IMG/VR virus record: IMGVR_UViG_3300026484_000110
Length of the DNA stretch: 64,000 bases
Direction: 5' to 3' (one strand)
Origin: a virus
In this document: positions 9,984 through 19,950 of the stretch, in pieces
How the letters are laid out: every line of letters starts with the position of its first letter
Position numbering within the stretch: the first letter of the stretch is position 1
Notes under the pieces: model-generated
What the model saw: only the letters and a program-made list of their open reading frames with translations
What the model was told of the DNA's origin: nothing
Database searches by the model: none
Position numbers and translations under genes: made by a program

Positions 9984-10541
9984 ATGTATTTAAGAGTTTT
10001 AGATATAGAAACTAAAAAAGTGTCAATAATAGATTTTGACACATATCTTGGTAATTTGCCTAAAAATTTTGGTATAGTTGAAGTAGTAGATGATTATAGC
10101 ACAGAAAGAAAATTAGAGGATAAGAAAAAGATACTGGACAAAGTTACGCCTGAATGGTACAAAAGATTAGAGAATGTTATTAATAATAGAACACAAAGAA
10201 AAATAGAGATACCACTGAAAAAGTATGCTGAAATATTAGGATTAGACTATAACTACGTGTTTGATAAATATAAATCCGGTAAACTAGATGGTGTTAAGAA
10301 GAATTCTAATGGTAGATTAAGTATTGTTGTTGATGAAATATTTCTACTAGAAAATAAAAACAATAACGAAAGAAAAGGCAATGAATACACAACAGTATCT
10401 AATAAACCTGTTGAAGTTAGTAAGCCTACTAATGAACATGAGAAATTAATAATTGAGAATAAGTTGTTAAAGAAAAGACTATTATTGATGAAACAAATGA
10501 TAGAAGTTCTTTTACCAACTATATTAGAAGAAGAATTATAG
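9984..10541 (+). CDS. Putative HTH DNA-binding protein with a C-terminal coiled coil
   Basis: LKKYAEILGLDYNYVFDKYKSGKL is MerR/Xis-type HTH-like; zipper-like EKLIIENKLLKKRLLLMKQM; start moved to 9984 behind GGAG. Confidence 0.5.
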   Translation: MYLRVLDIETKKVSIIDFDTYLGNLPKNFGIVEVVDDYSTERKLEDKKKILDKVTPEWYKRLENVINNRTQRKIEIPLKKYAEILGLDYNYVFDKYKSGKLDGVKKNSNGRLSIVVDEIFLLENKNNNERKGNEYTTVSNKPVEVSKPTNEHEKLIIENKLLKKRLLLMKQMIEVLLPTILEEEL

Positions 10542-10569
10542 TATTCGGGAATTATATCCCGAATACTAT
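10538..10569. terminator. Bidirectional hairpin whose TAG:CTA pair supplies both stop codons
   Basis: ATAGTATTCGGGA-ATTATA-TCCCGAATACTAT; stops at 10539-41 (+) and 10566-68 (-). Confidence 0.85.
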
Positions 10570-11498
10570 TTTTTATTGTTTGTGTTGTCCATTTGATAAT
10601 AAACATCCATATCGTCGAATGATTTAAGTGTACTAGCAATCGTGTCTGCTGGTAATAGGATTTTATCAGGTGTAAGCGTATAAAGTTTAAGACTATCAAG
10701 AATTGTTTTAGCAAGATTCATTACGTTCACATTAGTAGGTGGTAATGCTAACCCACCGAACTCGATAGTCATTTCTTTCATTTCTTTAGCTGCTTTTTTA
10801 TCTTTTTTACCGATAATATCTGGTAAGCTAGTAGGATATAAGTTACTTACTAACCACGCATGAATAGGTTTTCTTTGTAGTACATCTGGCTCTATAAATA
10901 AGATTGTAGATGTCCACCATTCAGGTGTATGTACATCAATATTCTCACCGCCAGGTAATGTTGTTAATAGTGGCGCTTTAGTATCTGGATCCATAAATCC
11001 GTATCTAATATTTGTATCTATTAGAATTTCAAAAGGAATACCATATTTTTCATCTAACGTAATACTTACATTTGTTTCTTCTCTAGTAACGTTAGTAGGT
11101 TCTTTAAATTTAGCACCTTCTAATCCTGTTTCTGTTTCACCAGATTCTACAGTTAAACTACTGTTTAGTCCCTCAATTACTCTTGCATGCCTTTCCCACA
11201 TTGCCTTATAGCTAGCATGCCATGCTTTACTATTTGGTAGTAAATCAAATACTCTAGGTGTTTGTAATACTACAGGTATAATATCTCTTCTTATGTATCT
11301 TTGATTATACATATATGAATGTATTGCTTTACCATCTCTTACTCCACCTATCTTAGGTAAGTATCCCCACTGACCTCCATATCTTAAGTCGAGTGTTGGT
11401 AAATCTTGAGCCCATACTCCAGTTTTATCATCAGCAGATACTTTACTAAATGGGTTTACAGTTATGTTTCTGCTATTACTTGTTACTTTATCAGCCAT
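10566..11498 (-). CDS. Tail tube protein (phiKZ gp30-like)
   Basis: DLRYGGQWGYLP...YIRRDIIPVVLQTP motif; 310 aa; directly downstream of the sheath. Confidence 0.8.
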   Translation of the reverse strand: MADKVTSNSRNITVNPFSKVSADDKTGVWAQDLPTLDLRYGGQWGYLPKIGGVRDGKAIHSYMYNQRYIRRDIIPVVLQTPRVFDLLPNSKAWHASYKAMWERHARVIEGLNSSLTVESGETETGLEGAKFKEPTNVTREETNVSITLDEKYGIPFEILIDTNIRYGFMDPDTKAPLLTTLPGGENIDVHTPEWWTSTILFIEPDVLQRKPIHAWLVSNLYPTSLPDIIGKKDKKAAKEMKEMTIEFGGLALPPTNVNVMNLAKTILDSLKLYTLTPDKILLPADTIASTLKSFDDMDVYYQMDNTNNKK

Positions 11499-11539
11499 TG
11501 TTTAATCCTTTATATTTTTTATTAAATAGGAAGAAGGCA

Positions 11540-13696
11540 TTAAGCCATCTCTTCCAATCTATAAGCTTCGATATAGAATGTGTTAACTGTTTTCATATTG
11601 TTAGCACCTAGCTTAACAACAGTTGTCCAACTATAACCTCTTTCTTTATCAAAATCAGTTATCATAGCTTTTGTAACTACTTTAATAATTCCAGCAAAAG
11701 TATCAGCTAACTCACTATTCATATAGTTTTCTACATTTTCAATTAACTCTTCAGATGTCCATCTAGTTACACCTGTGAATTTCCTATGGCAAGCAGCTGC
11801 TACTTTTGTAATTTTAGTCAACGCCATACCTACAGGGAAACTATTCAATACAGATGTATCGTTTTCATATACTGTTTGCATAGCAGGAATGTAATATCTT
11901 TCAATGTCATATCTCTCAGGCCAGATTAGACCAGAACTCCATAATGCAGGTTTAACACCTTGTGGTACGAAAGCTGGTTGAATATCTACCATATCATCAA
12001 TGATATTATCTTCACCTTTATCGAATAGATAATCAGGGTTCCATTTACCGTTACCTGCTCCCATCATTCTAGCAGCTTTAACTGCTATGTGAAGTGATAA
12101 AGGCCATCTATGTCCTGTTGTGTCATTTTTATCTAAACCATTACCTGCTACGATACATGCTCTAGCTACTGGCGTGCCAAAGAATGTACTTTCAGGAGCT
12201 AATTGACATCTAGCTTTTAAGTTAATAGCTATAGCTCTTTCAGTTACTAAGTCGTTGAATTTGTCGCCTAATTTATCTTCTCTAGTGGATAATACTAAGA
12301 AAGTATCTTTTCTTACAGTAATGAAATTTACTAAAGATTTTTTAGTATCAATACTGAATCCACTATCGTAGAATACAGATTCTACATTTACAGCTAAATC
12401 CATTACTTCACTGTTTGGATCTATATATTTATTCATTTCGTTTCTTACTAGTTTTTCAAAGTTTTCATCAGTAATTTCACCATCAGTACCATTACCTAAA
12501 AAGAATGGTAGGTTATTACTAAAGAATACTTCTTTTGTACCTTCAGGTAGCGTGACAGCTGTGTTGTCGTATACCACACTAAAGTATTTCACTCTTTTAG
12601 TAGAAAATGCGTTAAATACATTTAACAGGTATTTTTGATCTTTGTCTTCTAAATCAGGAATAAAATCAAACCAGTCTGTTGTATTAACAATGCTACCTTC
12701 CACTGTTTTAACGTCAGCAGCAATATAAGGTTTTTCAGTTTCTAGAACTTTAGATAAAATACTATCGATATTTTTATAATAAACATATGGTGTTTTAATA
12801 TCTGGATATACTAATGGTAATTCAGGGTTTTTAGTATTGTACCAGTTCTGAATCACATCTTTTAATTCCAAACTACTATTTGTAACCGGATCAGTTACAT
12901 CTTTTCTAAATACAAAATGTTCTTTTGTACTACCGAATAAGTCCTTTTTAATTACAGGAATACCATTTTGTTTTTCGAAAACGAATAGTTCAAATGGTAA
13001 TGCTTTTATACTAGCTAATACATCTTCATTTACGTCATCTTTACTTTGTAAACTAAATGCAAAACCTGTATTTTCATACGCTTGACCTTCATAAGCTGCA
13101 ACAAATTCTACTACAGGCACCATAGTAGATGGATTACCATCACTATCAGTCATATAACCTGTTTTCATGGTTTTATTACCTAGAGCTTGACCTACTTTAT
13201 GTTCATCTACTACCGCATATACTTTTACTCTGTATCCATCAATTGGTGAATCTGAGTCTTCAATTGGATTTCCATCGGTATCGTATGCAATACTACCGTC
13301 TTCATGTCTTTTATATTTTTTAACTTTATCTTTAATGTAATCCACATATATTGTTACATTAGCTAATTTATCATTATCTTCAGGTATTAATCTTTGTACC
13401 ATAATTGTGTTACCAGTACCTATAATTTTTGTAGCAAATTTAGTGGCGTGATTATAATACTTACTTTTTGGATTTACAGTGTTTTCTCCATAAAGTCTCA
13501 TAAGTTTTCCACCATCGCAAAGTTCTTTAACTATTAATCCCATTTCATTTTTAGCCGGTCCTTTTTCTGTCCAAAGATAGAATAAAGGCAAATGACTAGG
13601 AATAGGAATTGGTTGTGGTGTAATTGGTTTTATAGACTTATCATCTGTACCTAATGGTACGAACATTGGTGCTGCATTTACAATTGTGTATCCCAT
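11540..13696 (-). CDS. Contractile tail sheath protein (phiKZ gp29-like)
   Basis: N-terminal NAAP...GTDDKS, internal FYDSGFS.DTKK and YENDTSVLNS; 718 aa. Confidence 0.88.
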   Translation of the reverse strand: MGYTIVNAAPMFVPLGTDDKSIKPITPQPIPIPSHLPLFYLWTEKGPAKNEMGLIVKELCDGGKLMRLYGENTVNPKSKYYNHATKFATKIIGTGNTIMVQRLIPEDNDKLANVTIYVDYIKDKVKKYKRHEDGSIAYDTDGNPIEDSDSPIDGYRVKVYAVVDEHKVGQALGNKTMKTGYMTDSDGNPSTMVPVVEFVAAYEGQAYENTGFAFSLQSKDDVNEDVLASIKALPFELFVFEKQNGIPVIKKDLFGSTKEHFVFRKDVTDPVTNSSLELKDVIQNWYNTKNPELPLVYPDIKTPYVYYKNIDSILSKVLETEKPYIAADVKTVEGSIVNTTDWFDFIPDLEDKDQKYLLNVFNAFSTKRVKYFSVVYDNTAVTLPEGTKEVFFSNNLPFFLGNGTDGEITDENFEKLVRNEMNKYIDPNSEVMDLAVNVESVFYDSGFSIDTKKSLVNFITVRKDTFLVLSTREDKLGDKFNDLVTERAIAINLKARCQLAPESTFFGTPVARACIVAGNGLDKNDTTGHRWPLSLHIAVKAARMMGAGNGKWNPDYLFDKGEDNIIDDMVDIQPAFVPQGVKPALWSSGLIWPERYDIERYYIPAMQTVYENDTSVLNSFPVGMALTKITKVAAACHRKFTGVTRWTSEELIENVENYMNSELADTFAGIIKVVTKAMITDFDKERGYSWTTVVKLGANNMKTVNTFYIEAYRLEEMA

Positions 13697-13751
13697 TGTT
13701 TTTCCTTTACATTTAATTTTGAAATATAATCATAAGAAGTTTAAAAAACAT

Positions 13752-13785
13752 TATGTACTACTAGGAAATTTCCTAGTAGTACATA
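13752..13785 (-). terminator. Perfect 34-nt palindrome containing TAG
   Basis: TATGTACTACTAGGAAATTTCCTAGTAGTACATA is its own reverse complement; one arm encodes MYY-stop. Confidence 0.8.
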
Positions 13786-15605
13786 TAAAATTCATAAACA
13801 TCCTCATCATTTTTATTTTTATCTTTATAGTAAGCTAATATGTTACCATTTTTTAATTTAATAAATCCATTAAATGGTTTAGTGTCAATTATATCATTTT
13901 CATAAACAGTAAACGTAGCTTGTTTTCTATTATAAACCATAAACGATCTAGGATCATCTTTTCTAAAGTACAATACATTTCCATTTAATAAATTAAAACT
14001 CAACAATGAAATATTTCTATATTCGGCAGGTATAGTAGGGCCTTCTGTTATGTCGTCTCTACTAAAATCATAGATTATACATCTACCTGTACTTAAACTA
14101 GGTATTGGAATTATTGTAACTGTGTCATAATCAATTAGATTAACAATTATTTCGGTTAATTCAACATCTGTATTTATATCAAAAGTTTTTACGATATTAA
14201 TTTTAAGATTAGGATCTAGTAAATTTATTTTCTTAATAGTTACCGATTTTTCACCAGTAATTTCTATAAAATGTAAATCGTTATTTATAAGAAAGAAGTT
14301 GTTATTTTTTATTACTGATTTATCAGATATTTCATGTGTTTTTAATAATGTAAATGTTTCCTTATATACGTCATACTTATAAAAATCTAATTTTATTTTA
14401 TCATCATTTGTTATATATCCAAATAAACCAATGTAGTTAGGTAATAATTCAAATTTAATTTGTTTAGCATCATATGTTAAACCTAGATTATACATTGTTT
14501 TAAATCGTAAGTTCTCACCACTATTTATCATTAGTTCTAAATCTAATTTTTTATTACTATTTAACATTGGTATTAGACCTGTAATCATTTGTTCTGATAC
14601 TTGTAAGATATCAATATTTAAATCAAGATCATCAACTAGTACATCTTTTAAAAATTTAAACCCATTTACATAATCAAAATCGAAATTAAAATATTGATTT
14701 TCAGATACTCTCATAGTTTTAATATAATGTTCTACATTTTCTGTAATTAGCTTACCGGATACAGGTTCTATATATTGTATGTTAAGAGACAATATATAAC
14801 TACTATTAGGTTTTAATGGATTAGATGGTATTGTTATTGTATTATCTTTAATAGATAAATTTGTTTCTACTGTTTTATCTAGATTTAACAGATAACCACC
14901 TAATACAGTAATTCCGTTATCTGTGGTTGAAATTAATTTAAGTTCAAAATCTTCATTAATAGGTATGTTATTTAAATCTTTATCAAACTTATAATACGTT
15001 TTAGAGATTTCTATTTTATCTCTGAAAAATTTACTACAACTACCTAAATGTCCTCTGTATCTTACTAATACTTCTATATCTTTAGTAGCTGTAAAATTAT
15101 AAATATCGTTAGATACAGTTAAATTAAACATATCATCAGTTTTATTCATTTCTGAATAAACGACTTTGTTATTTACTCTAATTATCCAATCAACTCCTGT
15201 TACGCCAATACCATCTTGAGGTTCGATAGCTTTTAACTTCAAACCGTTATCAGGATCTACAGATATAAATTCTACATAAGGATCTTCTACGTATACTTTT
15301 GGTTTTAATGGTTCTATAGAAACTTCAGCTGTTTCTATAATAGGTTCAGGCCCCAACCATGTTGGATTATCTACCTCGTTACCATTTGAATCTTTAAAGT
15401 GTCTTTTAGCTCTAACATAGTAAATACTATCACTAGGAATAGCTAATTCAACTATCCAAGTGTTTAATTGTTCTTCAGATGTTTCTTCTAATAATACATT
15501 TGAAAAGTTTAGATTGTCAGACACTTGCCATGTGGTAGCATAATGAGTTAAACCAGAATCTCCTGAATCCCATGGTCCTATGTTTATAATTTTCACGTTT
15601 GCCAT
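13773..15605 (-). CDS. Virion surface or tail accessory protein (FN3/Ig-like N-terminus, probable C-terminal beta-propeller)
   Basis: N-terminal HYATTWQVS...F..V....YYVRAK domain; repeated NGN-hydrophobic blade motifs (LLNGNVLYF, LKNGNILAY); upstream of the sheath gene. Confidence 0.5.
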   Translation of the reverse strand: MANVKIINIGPWDSGDSGLTHYATTWQVSDNLNFSNVLLEETSEEQLNTWIVELAIPSDSIYYVRAKRHFKDSNGNEVDNPTWLGPEPIIETAEVSIEPLKPKVYVEDPYVEFISVDPDNGLKLKAIEPQDGIGVTGVDWIIRVNNKVVYSEMNKTDDMFNLTVSNDIYNFTATKDIEVLVRYRGHLGSCSKFFRDKIEISKTYYKFDKDLNNIPINEDFELKLISTTDNGITVLGGYLLNLDKTVETNLSIKDNTITIPSNPLKPNSSYILSLNIQYIEPVSGKLITENVEHYIKTMRVSENQYFNFDFDYVNGFKFLKDVLVDDLDLNIDILQVSEQMITGLIPMLNSNKKLDLELMINSGENLRFKTMYNLGLTYDAKQIKFELLPNYIGLFGYITNDDKIKLDFYKYDVYKETFTLLKTHEISDKSVIKNNNFFLINNDLHFIEITGEKSVTIKKINLLDPNLKINIVKTFDINTDVELTEIIVNLIDYDTVTIIPIPSLSTGRCIIYDFSRDDITEGPTIPAEYRNISLLSFNLLNGNVLYFRKDDPRSFMVYNRKQATFTVYENDIIDTKPFNGFIKLKNGNILAYYKDKNKNDEDVYEFYMYY

Positions 15606-15710
15606 ATTATTATCCTTTATTATATTATAGGTAAAGTTTCATACAAACGATTTCAGCACTTATTTTTTTCTATAAATCATTCTCTGAATAGTATATTTAA
15701 AGGAGATATT

Positions 15711-17183
15711 ATGGCTAAAATTTTTAGAAAAAAGAATGACTTAAAAATTAGACCAATGATAAACGTAGGGGCGTTATTAGATATACCTACAGGAGCTATT
15801 ATTACTGGAGCAAAGGGAGAATCAATTATAAACGGAGGTCTATCTAATATTGAAGGATTTGCAGGTCTAGGTAATACATTTAAATCTACTTTAATGCACC
15901 ATATGATGTATACTGCTGCTGATAGGTTGGCATGTAGTTATAACGATATGATTATGATGGAAACATATGATACTGAAGATAACATGTTATTAAATGTAGA
16001 TAGATATAACAATCTTGTAAATAAACATACACAATGTTTGGATAGAAATCCTATAGAAACAGGACAGTGGTCTATTGTCCAAAAATCGCAAAAAACAGCA
16101 GATAAATGGTTAGAAGAAGATTTATACCCATTGGTAGAAGAAAAACAAAATTCCAAAGACTTGGTAGTAGAATTTGAAGCTTTTAAAGATAAAGACACTG
16201 GTAAACCACTAAAAGCATTAATACCTACTTTTATAGAAATAGATAGCTTAACAGAATTTGAATCTGAGACAACTATTGATATGTTAAAAGAGTTATCTGA
16301 AGATAAAACAAATACTTTATTTATGAAACAGGGTCTTTATAAAACAAAGGTAATGAAAGATTTACCAGGTCTATCCAATAGAGCTAATATATATTTTCTG
16401 TTAACGACGCATCTAGGTAAAAAAATAGATATGTCAGGAAACCCTTTTGCCAAACCTACTAAAGATTTACAATTTATGAAACAAGATGAAAAAATAAAAG
16501 GTGCTACTGATAAGGTAATGTTTTTAACTACGCATTATTGGAAAACATATAGTCCGTCTGTGTTAATAAATCAAAGTACAAAACAACCTGAGTATCCTAT
16601 TTATGATAGTGATGTAGAAACAGATTTGAACTTAATAAATTTACAACAGGTGAGAAGTAAATCCGGGCCTTCGGGATTTGTATTACCTATAGTGGTATCG
16701 CAAACTGAAGGTGTCTTACCTGATTTAACAGAATTCCATTATATTAAGACTAATAAATTTGGATTAGATGGTTCTGTTAGGAGTTATTGGTTAGAATTGT
16801 ATCCTGATGTAAAATTATCCAGAACTACTGTAAGAAAAAAATTACAAGAAGATTATAAATTAAGAAGAGCAGTTAATATAACAGCTGAACTATTGCAATT
16901 ACATACTTTTAGACCGCATATGACGGATTTACTATGTAGTCCTAAAGAATTAAGAGAAGACCTAGAAAAAATGGGTTATAATTGGGATATCTTATTAAAT
17001 ACAAGAGGTTGGTGGACTATTAAACAATATAATCCAAGAATAAAACCATTTTTATCCACTGTAGATTTATTAAAAATGAGAAAAGGACTTTATATTCCAT
17101 ATTGGATAGATGAGAAAACAAAAGAAGTTAAGAAAGAGTATAAACATCATTTTGTAGAGAAGGAGAATAAAGATGGAAAATAA
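15711..17183 (+). CDS. uvsX: UvsX/RecA-like recombinase (phiKZ gp152-like)
   Basis: RPMINVGALLDIPTG...NGGL, Walker A GLGNTFKST and Walker B FIEIDSL. Confidence 0.8.
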   Translation: MAKIFRKKNDLKIRPMINVGALLDIPTGAIITGAKGESIINGGLSNIEGFAGLGNTFKSTLMHHMMYTAADRLACSYNDMIMMETYDTEDNMLLNVDRYNNLVNKHTQCLDRNPIETGQWSIVQKSQKTADKWLEEDLYPLVEEKQNSKDLVVEFEAFKDKDTGKPLKALIPTFIEIDSLTEFESETTIDMLKELSEDKTNTLFMKQGLYKTKVMKDLPGLSNRANIYFLLTTHLGKKIDMSGNPFAKPTKDLQFMKQDEKIKGATDKVMFLTTHYWKTYSPSVLINQSTKQPEYPIYDSDVETDLNLINLQQVRSKSGPSGFVLPIVVSQTEGVLPDLTEFHYIKTNKFGLDGSVRSYWLELYPDVKLSRTTVRKKLQEDYKLRRAVNITAELLQLHTFRPHMTDLLCSPKELREDLEKMGYNWDILLNTRGWWTIKQYNPRIKPFLSTVDLLKMRKGLYIPYWIDEKTKEVKKEYKHHFVEKENKDGK

Positions 17184-17592
17184 TCCAGTTTTAGAACAGC
17201 AAGCTAACTACCTGAAAGAGCTAGAAGAAGCCAGTAAACAATTAAGAGCTATAGGTAACAAATTATATTTAGCTAAGAAAACAGATAATGATGTAAACCT
17301 ATTTAGTATAATTGTAGATACATTAAAGAAAATAAGTAAAGAAAAAGCACAAAGATTTGAAATAATGATTAAAAGTATAGAACCAAATATAGAAGAAAAA
17401 ATTGATACGGTGCAGAAATTAATTATATCTGATTTCTTAATTACTAGGTTATACCAATTGAAAGCAGAGGATCCTGGTTTTAATATATTGCCAATATTGA
17501 CTTTGATTCCTTATTACATGGATAACGAGAGTTTTACAGAGTGTATGGTAAATCATACTTTACCGTTACTAGTAAATAGTAATGTAATCTGA
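17173..17592 (+). CDS. Hypothetical helical protein
   Basis: SD AAGGAG; overlaps the uvsX stop. Confidence 0.7.
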   Translation: MENNPVLEQQANYLKELEEASKQLRAIGNKLYLAKKTDNDVNLFSIIVDTLKKISKEKAQRFEIMIKSIEPNIEEKIDTVQKLIISDFLITRLYQLKAEDPGFNILPILTLIPYYMDNESFTECMVNHTLPLLVNSNVI

Positions 17593-17620
17593 TGAATTAT
17601 TGAAATTTAAGGAGAAACTA

Positions 17621-18346
17621 ATGAGTAGTTTAGAAAATAGAGAATTTAAGATTAGTAACGGTAATAATAAGAATGATTTCGATATTGAGTATAATTTAAA
17701 ACTGACATCTTCTGTACCAATTATGAATTTTTCAGATGGATTAGTGGATAACTTATTGTTAGATAGTTTTACTGTAAAAAATGAAGAACCTAACAATAAA
17801 CCGTATGATGTTGAAATGGATGATAGGTTTAAATTTATATTAGAATTTAAATCTTTACAGAGAGATATTAGTTCTGTTGTTTATTACGATAAAAAGTATA
17901 ATGATTTTATTGTATTTCCTAATCCAGATTTAATAGATGTATCAAATATTAAAAATAAGGTGTACCATATTACATCATTTACCATAGGTAGTAATAAACC
18001 GGATGTTAAATTCGGTACAGGTTATGAAATTTCTATACAAGGTATAAATAAGGTATCTTTACCAGAACCTGATAAGACTATTGAAAATTATGATGGTCTA
18101 CTATTAAACGTACCCGGGATTTATAACGGTTTTAAACAAAGAATTAGAAAAAATCTTAGTACTGGTGTAGTAATGTATAAAGATGTAAACATGGTCTTAT
18201 TCTTGAAAATAAAGACTAGTGATCTTTACACTAATTCTGTAAAATTACCAGTATCTACACTAGTACCAGATAGTGAAGTAAAATTTAGAGTAGAATATAA
18301 TTCGTTAAAAGAATTAGATAACATATATATACCTATTACAGTATAG
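17621..18346 (+). CDS. Hypothetical protein
   Basis: Start moved to ATG 17621 behind AAGGAG. Confidence 0.7.
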   Translation: MSSLENREFKISNGNNKNDFDIEYNLKLTSSVPIMNFSDGLVDNLLLDSFTVKNEEPNNKPYDVEMDDRFKFILEFKSLQRDISSVVYYDKKYNDFIVFPNPDLIDVSNIKNKVYHITSFTIGSNKPDVKFGTGYEISIQGINKVSLPEPDKTIENYDGLLLNVPGIYNGFKQRIRKNLSTGVVMYKDVNMVLFLKIKTSDLYTNSVKLPVSTLVPDSEVKFRVEYNSLKELDNIYIPITV

Positions 18347-18365
18347 AGGATATATCCTCTATACT
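18340..18365 (+). terminator. Perfect 26-nt palindrome containing TAG
   Basis: AGTATAGAGGATATATCCTCTATACT. Confidence 0.8.
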
Positions 18366-18387
18366 AAACTCCAATTTTTTTCATTTA

Positions 18388-18395
18388 TATATTAC
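18388..18395 (+). promoter_or_regulatory. phiKZ-type early promoter (exact TATATTAC)
   Basis: TATATTAC preceded by a T7 tract. Confidence 0.65.
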
Positions 18396-18404
18396 TAAGA
18401 TAGA

Positions 18405-18522
18405 AGACGACTGGAAAATGAGTTGTCTATATAATTTCGTCATGGGTAACGTCAGGCGGAAGCTCTTAAGCCGCCTATAGAATTGAGCGCTCTTCGTGAG
18501 CTCTTAATATGGCGTCCATGAC
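18405..18522 (+). ncRNA. Structured GC-rich leader RNA (three-way junction), unclassified
   Basis: Pairings 18439-45/18516-22, 18454-59/18471-76, 18482-92/18498-508 and 18405-12/18421-28; ends 3 nt before SD GGAGG. Confidence 0.5.
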
Positions 18523-18536
18523 ATTGGAGGTTTAAA

Positions 18537-19202
18537 ATGGCTAGAAGAAAAAGAGAAGTTACGACACAAAGAGAAAGAAATAGAAAGTTCATTAAGAAAT
18601 TTAACAAAAAACATTTTCCTATTGTGTTGGAGTTAATAAGAGAAGCTAGAAAATATGTAGGTAAAGTTTATTCTGCCAAAGTGACAAAAGATGTTAAAAT
18701 AAAAACAAGAGGCCATACCAATTATGAGGAGTTTTGTCATTCCAGAGGGATTAAGAAAAATTATGGCGATCAGATAATCCCGATGGAATTTGAATATGAA
18801 ATATTACCAAAAGATATTGCTGTAAGTTTCATCCTCTGGAAAACTGATGTTTTTGGTACTATTTTGACAACTCAGGCAGATATGGAGAGAATGCTAAAGG
18901 AAATTTTTGAAAAAGTTGTTTACAGTTTTAATACGTGTATCAAGGTAGAGTTGACCTTGATAGAGATGGCGATCCAATGGGTAATGGATGCAACATATGC
19001 TGACTCTTTGGGGTCAGTTAGTCCAATTTTCACTTATGAGTACGACGGTGACATCGTGTCGTTCTATTTAGACGGCACTTGTTCTTTTAATAACGTTACA
19101 GATGATGGTTATACCGTAAGCGATGAGGAGTTAGCTGCGCATCTTTTGGGAGAGTTAAGAAGAAGAACAATAGATGTTGTTGATTACAGGTATTGTTCAT
19201 AA
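18537..19202 (+). CDS. Hypothetical, probably early, protein with a basic N-terminus
   Basis: SD GGAGG; downstream of the early promoter; the 3' half is GC-richer than the rest of the window. Confidence 0.75.
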   Translation: MARRKREVTTQRERNRKFIKKFNKKHFPIVLELIREARKYVGKVYSAKVTKDVKIKTRGHTNYEEFCHSRGIKKNYGDQIIPMEFEYEILPKDIAVSFILWKTDVFGTILTTQADMERMLKEIFEKVVYSFNTCIKVELTLIEMAIQWVMDATYADSLGSVSPIFTYEYDGDIVSFYLDGTCSFNNVTDDGYTVSDEELAAHLLGELRRRTIDVVDYRYCS

Positions 19203-19254
19203 TCTTCTTCTCCTTTTTCTTTTTTGTCTGAAAAAGATTTTTAAAGGATAACAA

Positions 19255-19926
19255 ATGAATAAAAAAAGGCAAGAAGTAGAAAAATTTATTAAGGATTGGA
19301 TTTATAAAATTACAAAATCTAAGAAGAATGTAGAACTATATGAAGACTTATTTAAATCTATGAATGACGACGAATTTAAACAATTGATGGAAGATTTAAA
19401 ATCAGGTAAGAAGACCTTACAAGTAATCATACCTGTAGATGGATTTGATGGAAAGGTAGATTTAGAAAATAATTACAAATTAGCTAAAGAATTAGGATTT
19501 AACTTTTTCGAACACTTAATCATTGGTCCAGGTGATGATTTTCCTAAATATAAGACTCCTGAAAAGTATATGGTAATAGATTTACCATTTAGACGTACTA
19601 AACAAACTTTGGATAAAGGTCTATCTGTGGCTGATAGTGCAAAAGAAGTAGATTCTATCACAGGACAAGTAAAAGGAGATGATAGAGTATCAAAGATCTC
19701 ATTTCCGGAATTACAAGTTTTAATAGGTTTAGGTTTAAAAGATAGTCTAATAGAATTAATGAGAGACAGAGGCGGCGATGTAACATCTAATAGCATTATG
19801 TTAAATTCAATATCTAAGTATGGTAGAATTTCTAGAAAACTAATAGATATGTATGCTGAAGGTGCTTTATCCACAAAATCTCTTAAAAATTATTTAACTG
19901 GGATGCATTTAAAAAATACACTGTAG
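19255..19926 (+). CDS. Virion RNA polymerase beta subunit, C-terminal part (phiKZ gp149-like)
   Basis: LPFRRTKQTLDKG...DSITGQ...SKISFPELQVLIGLG...E...RGGD corresponds to the C-terminal beta region (GEME-equivalent). Confidence 0.8.
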   Translation: MNKKRQEVEKFIKDWIYKITKSKKNVELYEDLFKSMNDDEFKQLMEDLKSGKKTLQVIIPVDGFDGKVDLENNYKLAKELGFNFFEHLIIGPGDDFPKYKTPEKYMVIDLPFRRTKQTLDKGLSVADSAKEVDSITGQVKGDDRVSKISFPELQVLIGLGLKDSLIELMRDRGGDVTSNSIMLNSISKYGRISRKLIDMYAEGALSTKSLKNYLTGMHLKNTL

Positions 19927-19950
19927 ATCCTAATCTGGATCTACAGTGTA
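19917..19950. terminator. Bidirectional hairpin overlapping both convergent gene ends
   Basis: TACACTGTAGATCC-TAATCT-GGATCTACAGTGTA; TAG at 19924-26 (+) and 19930-32 (-). Confidence 0.85.
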
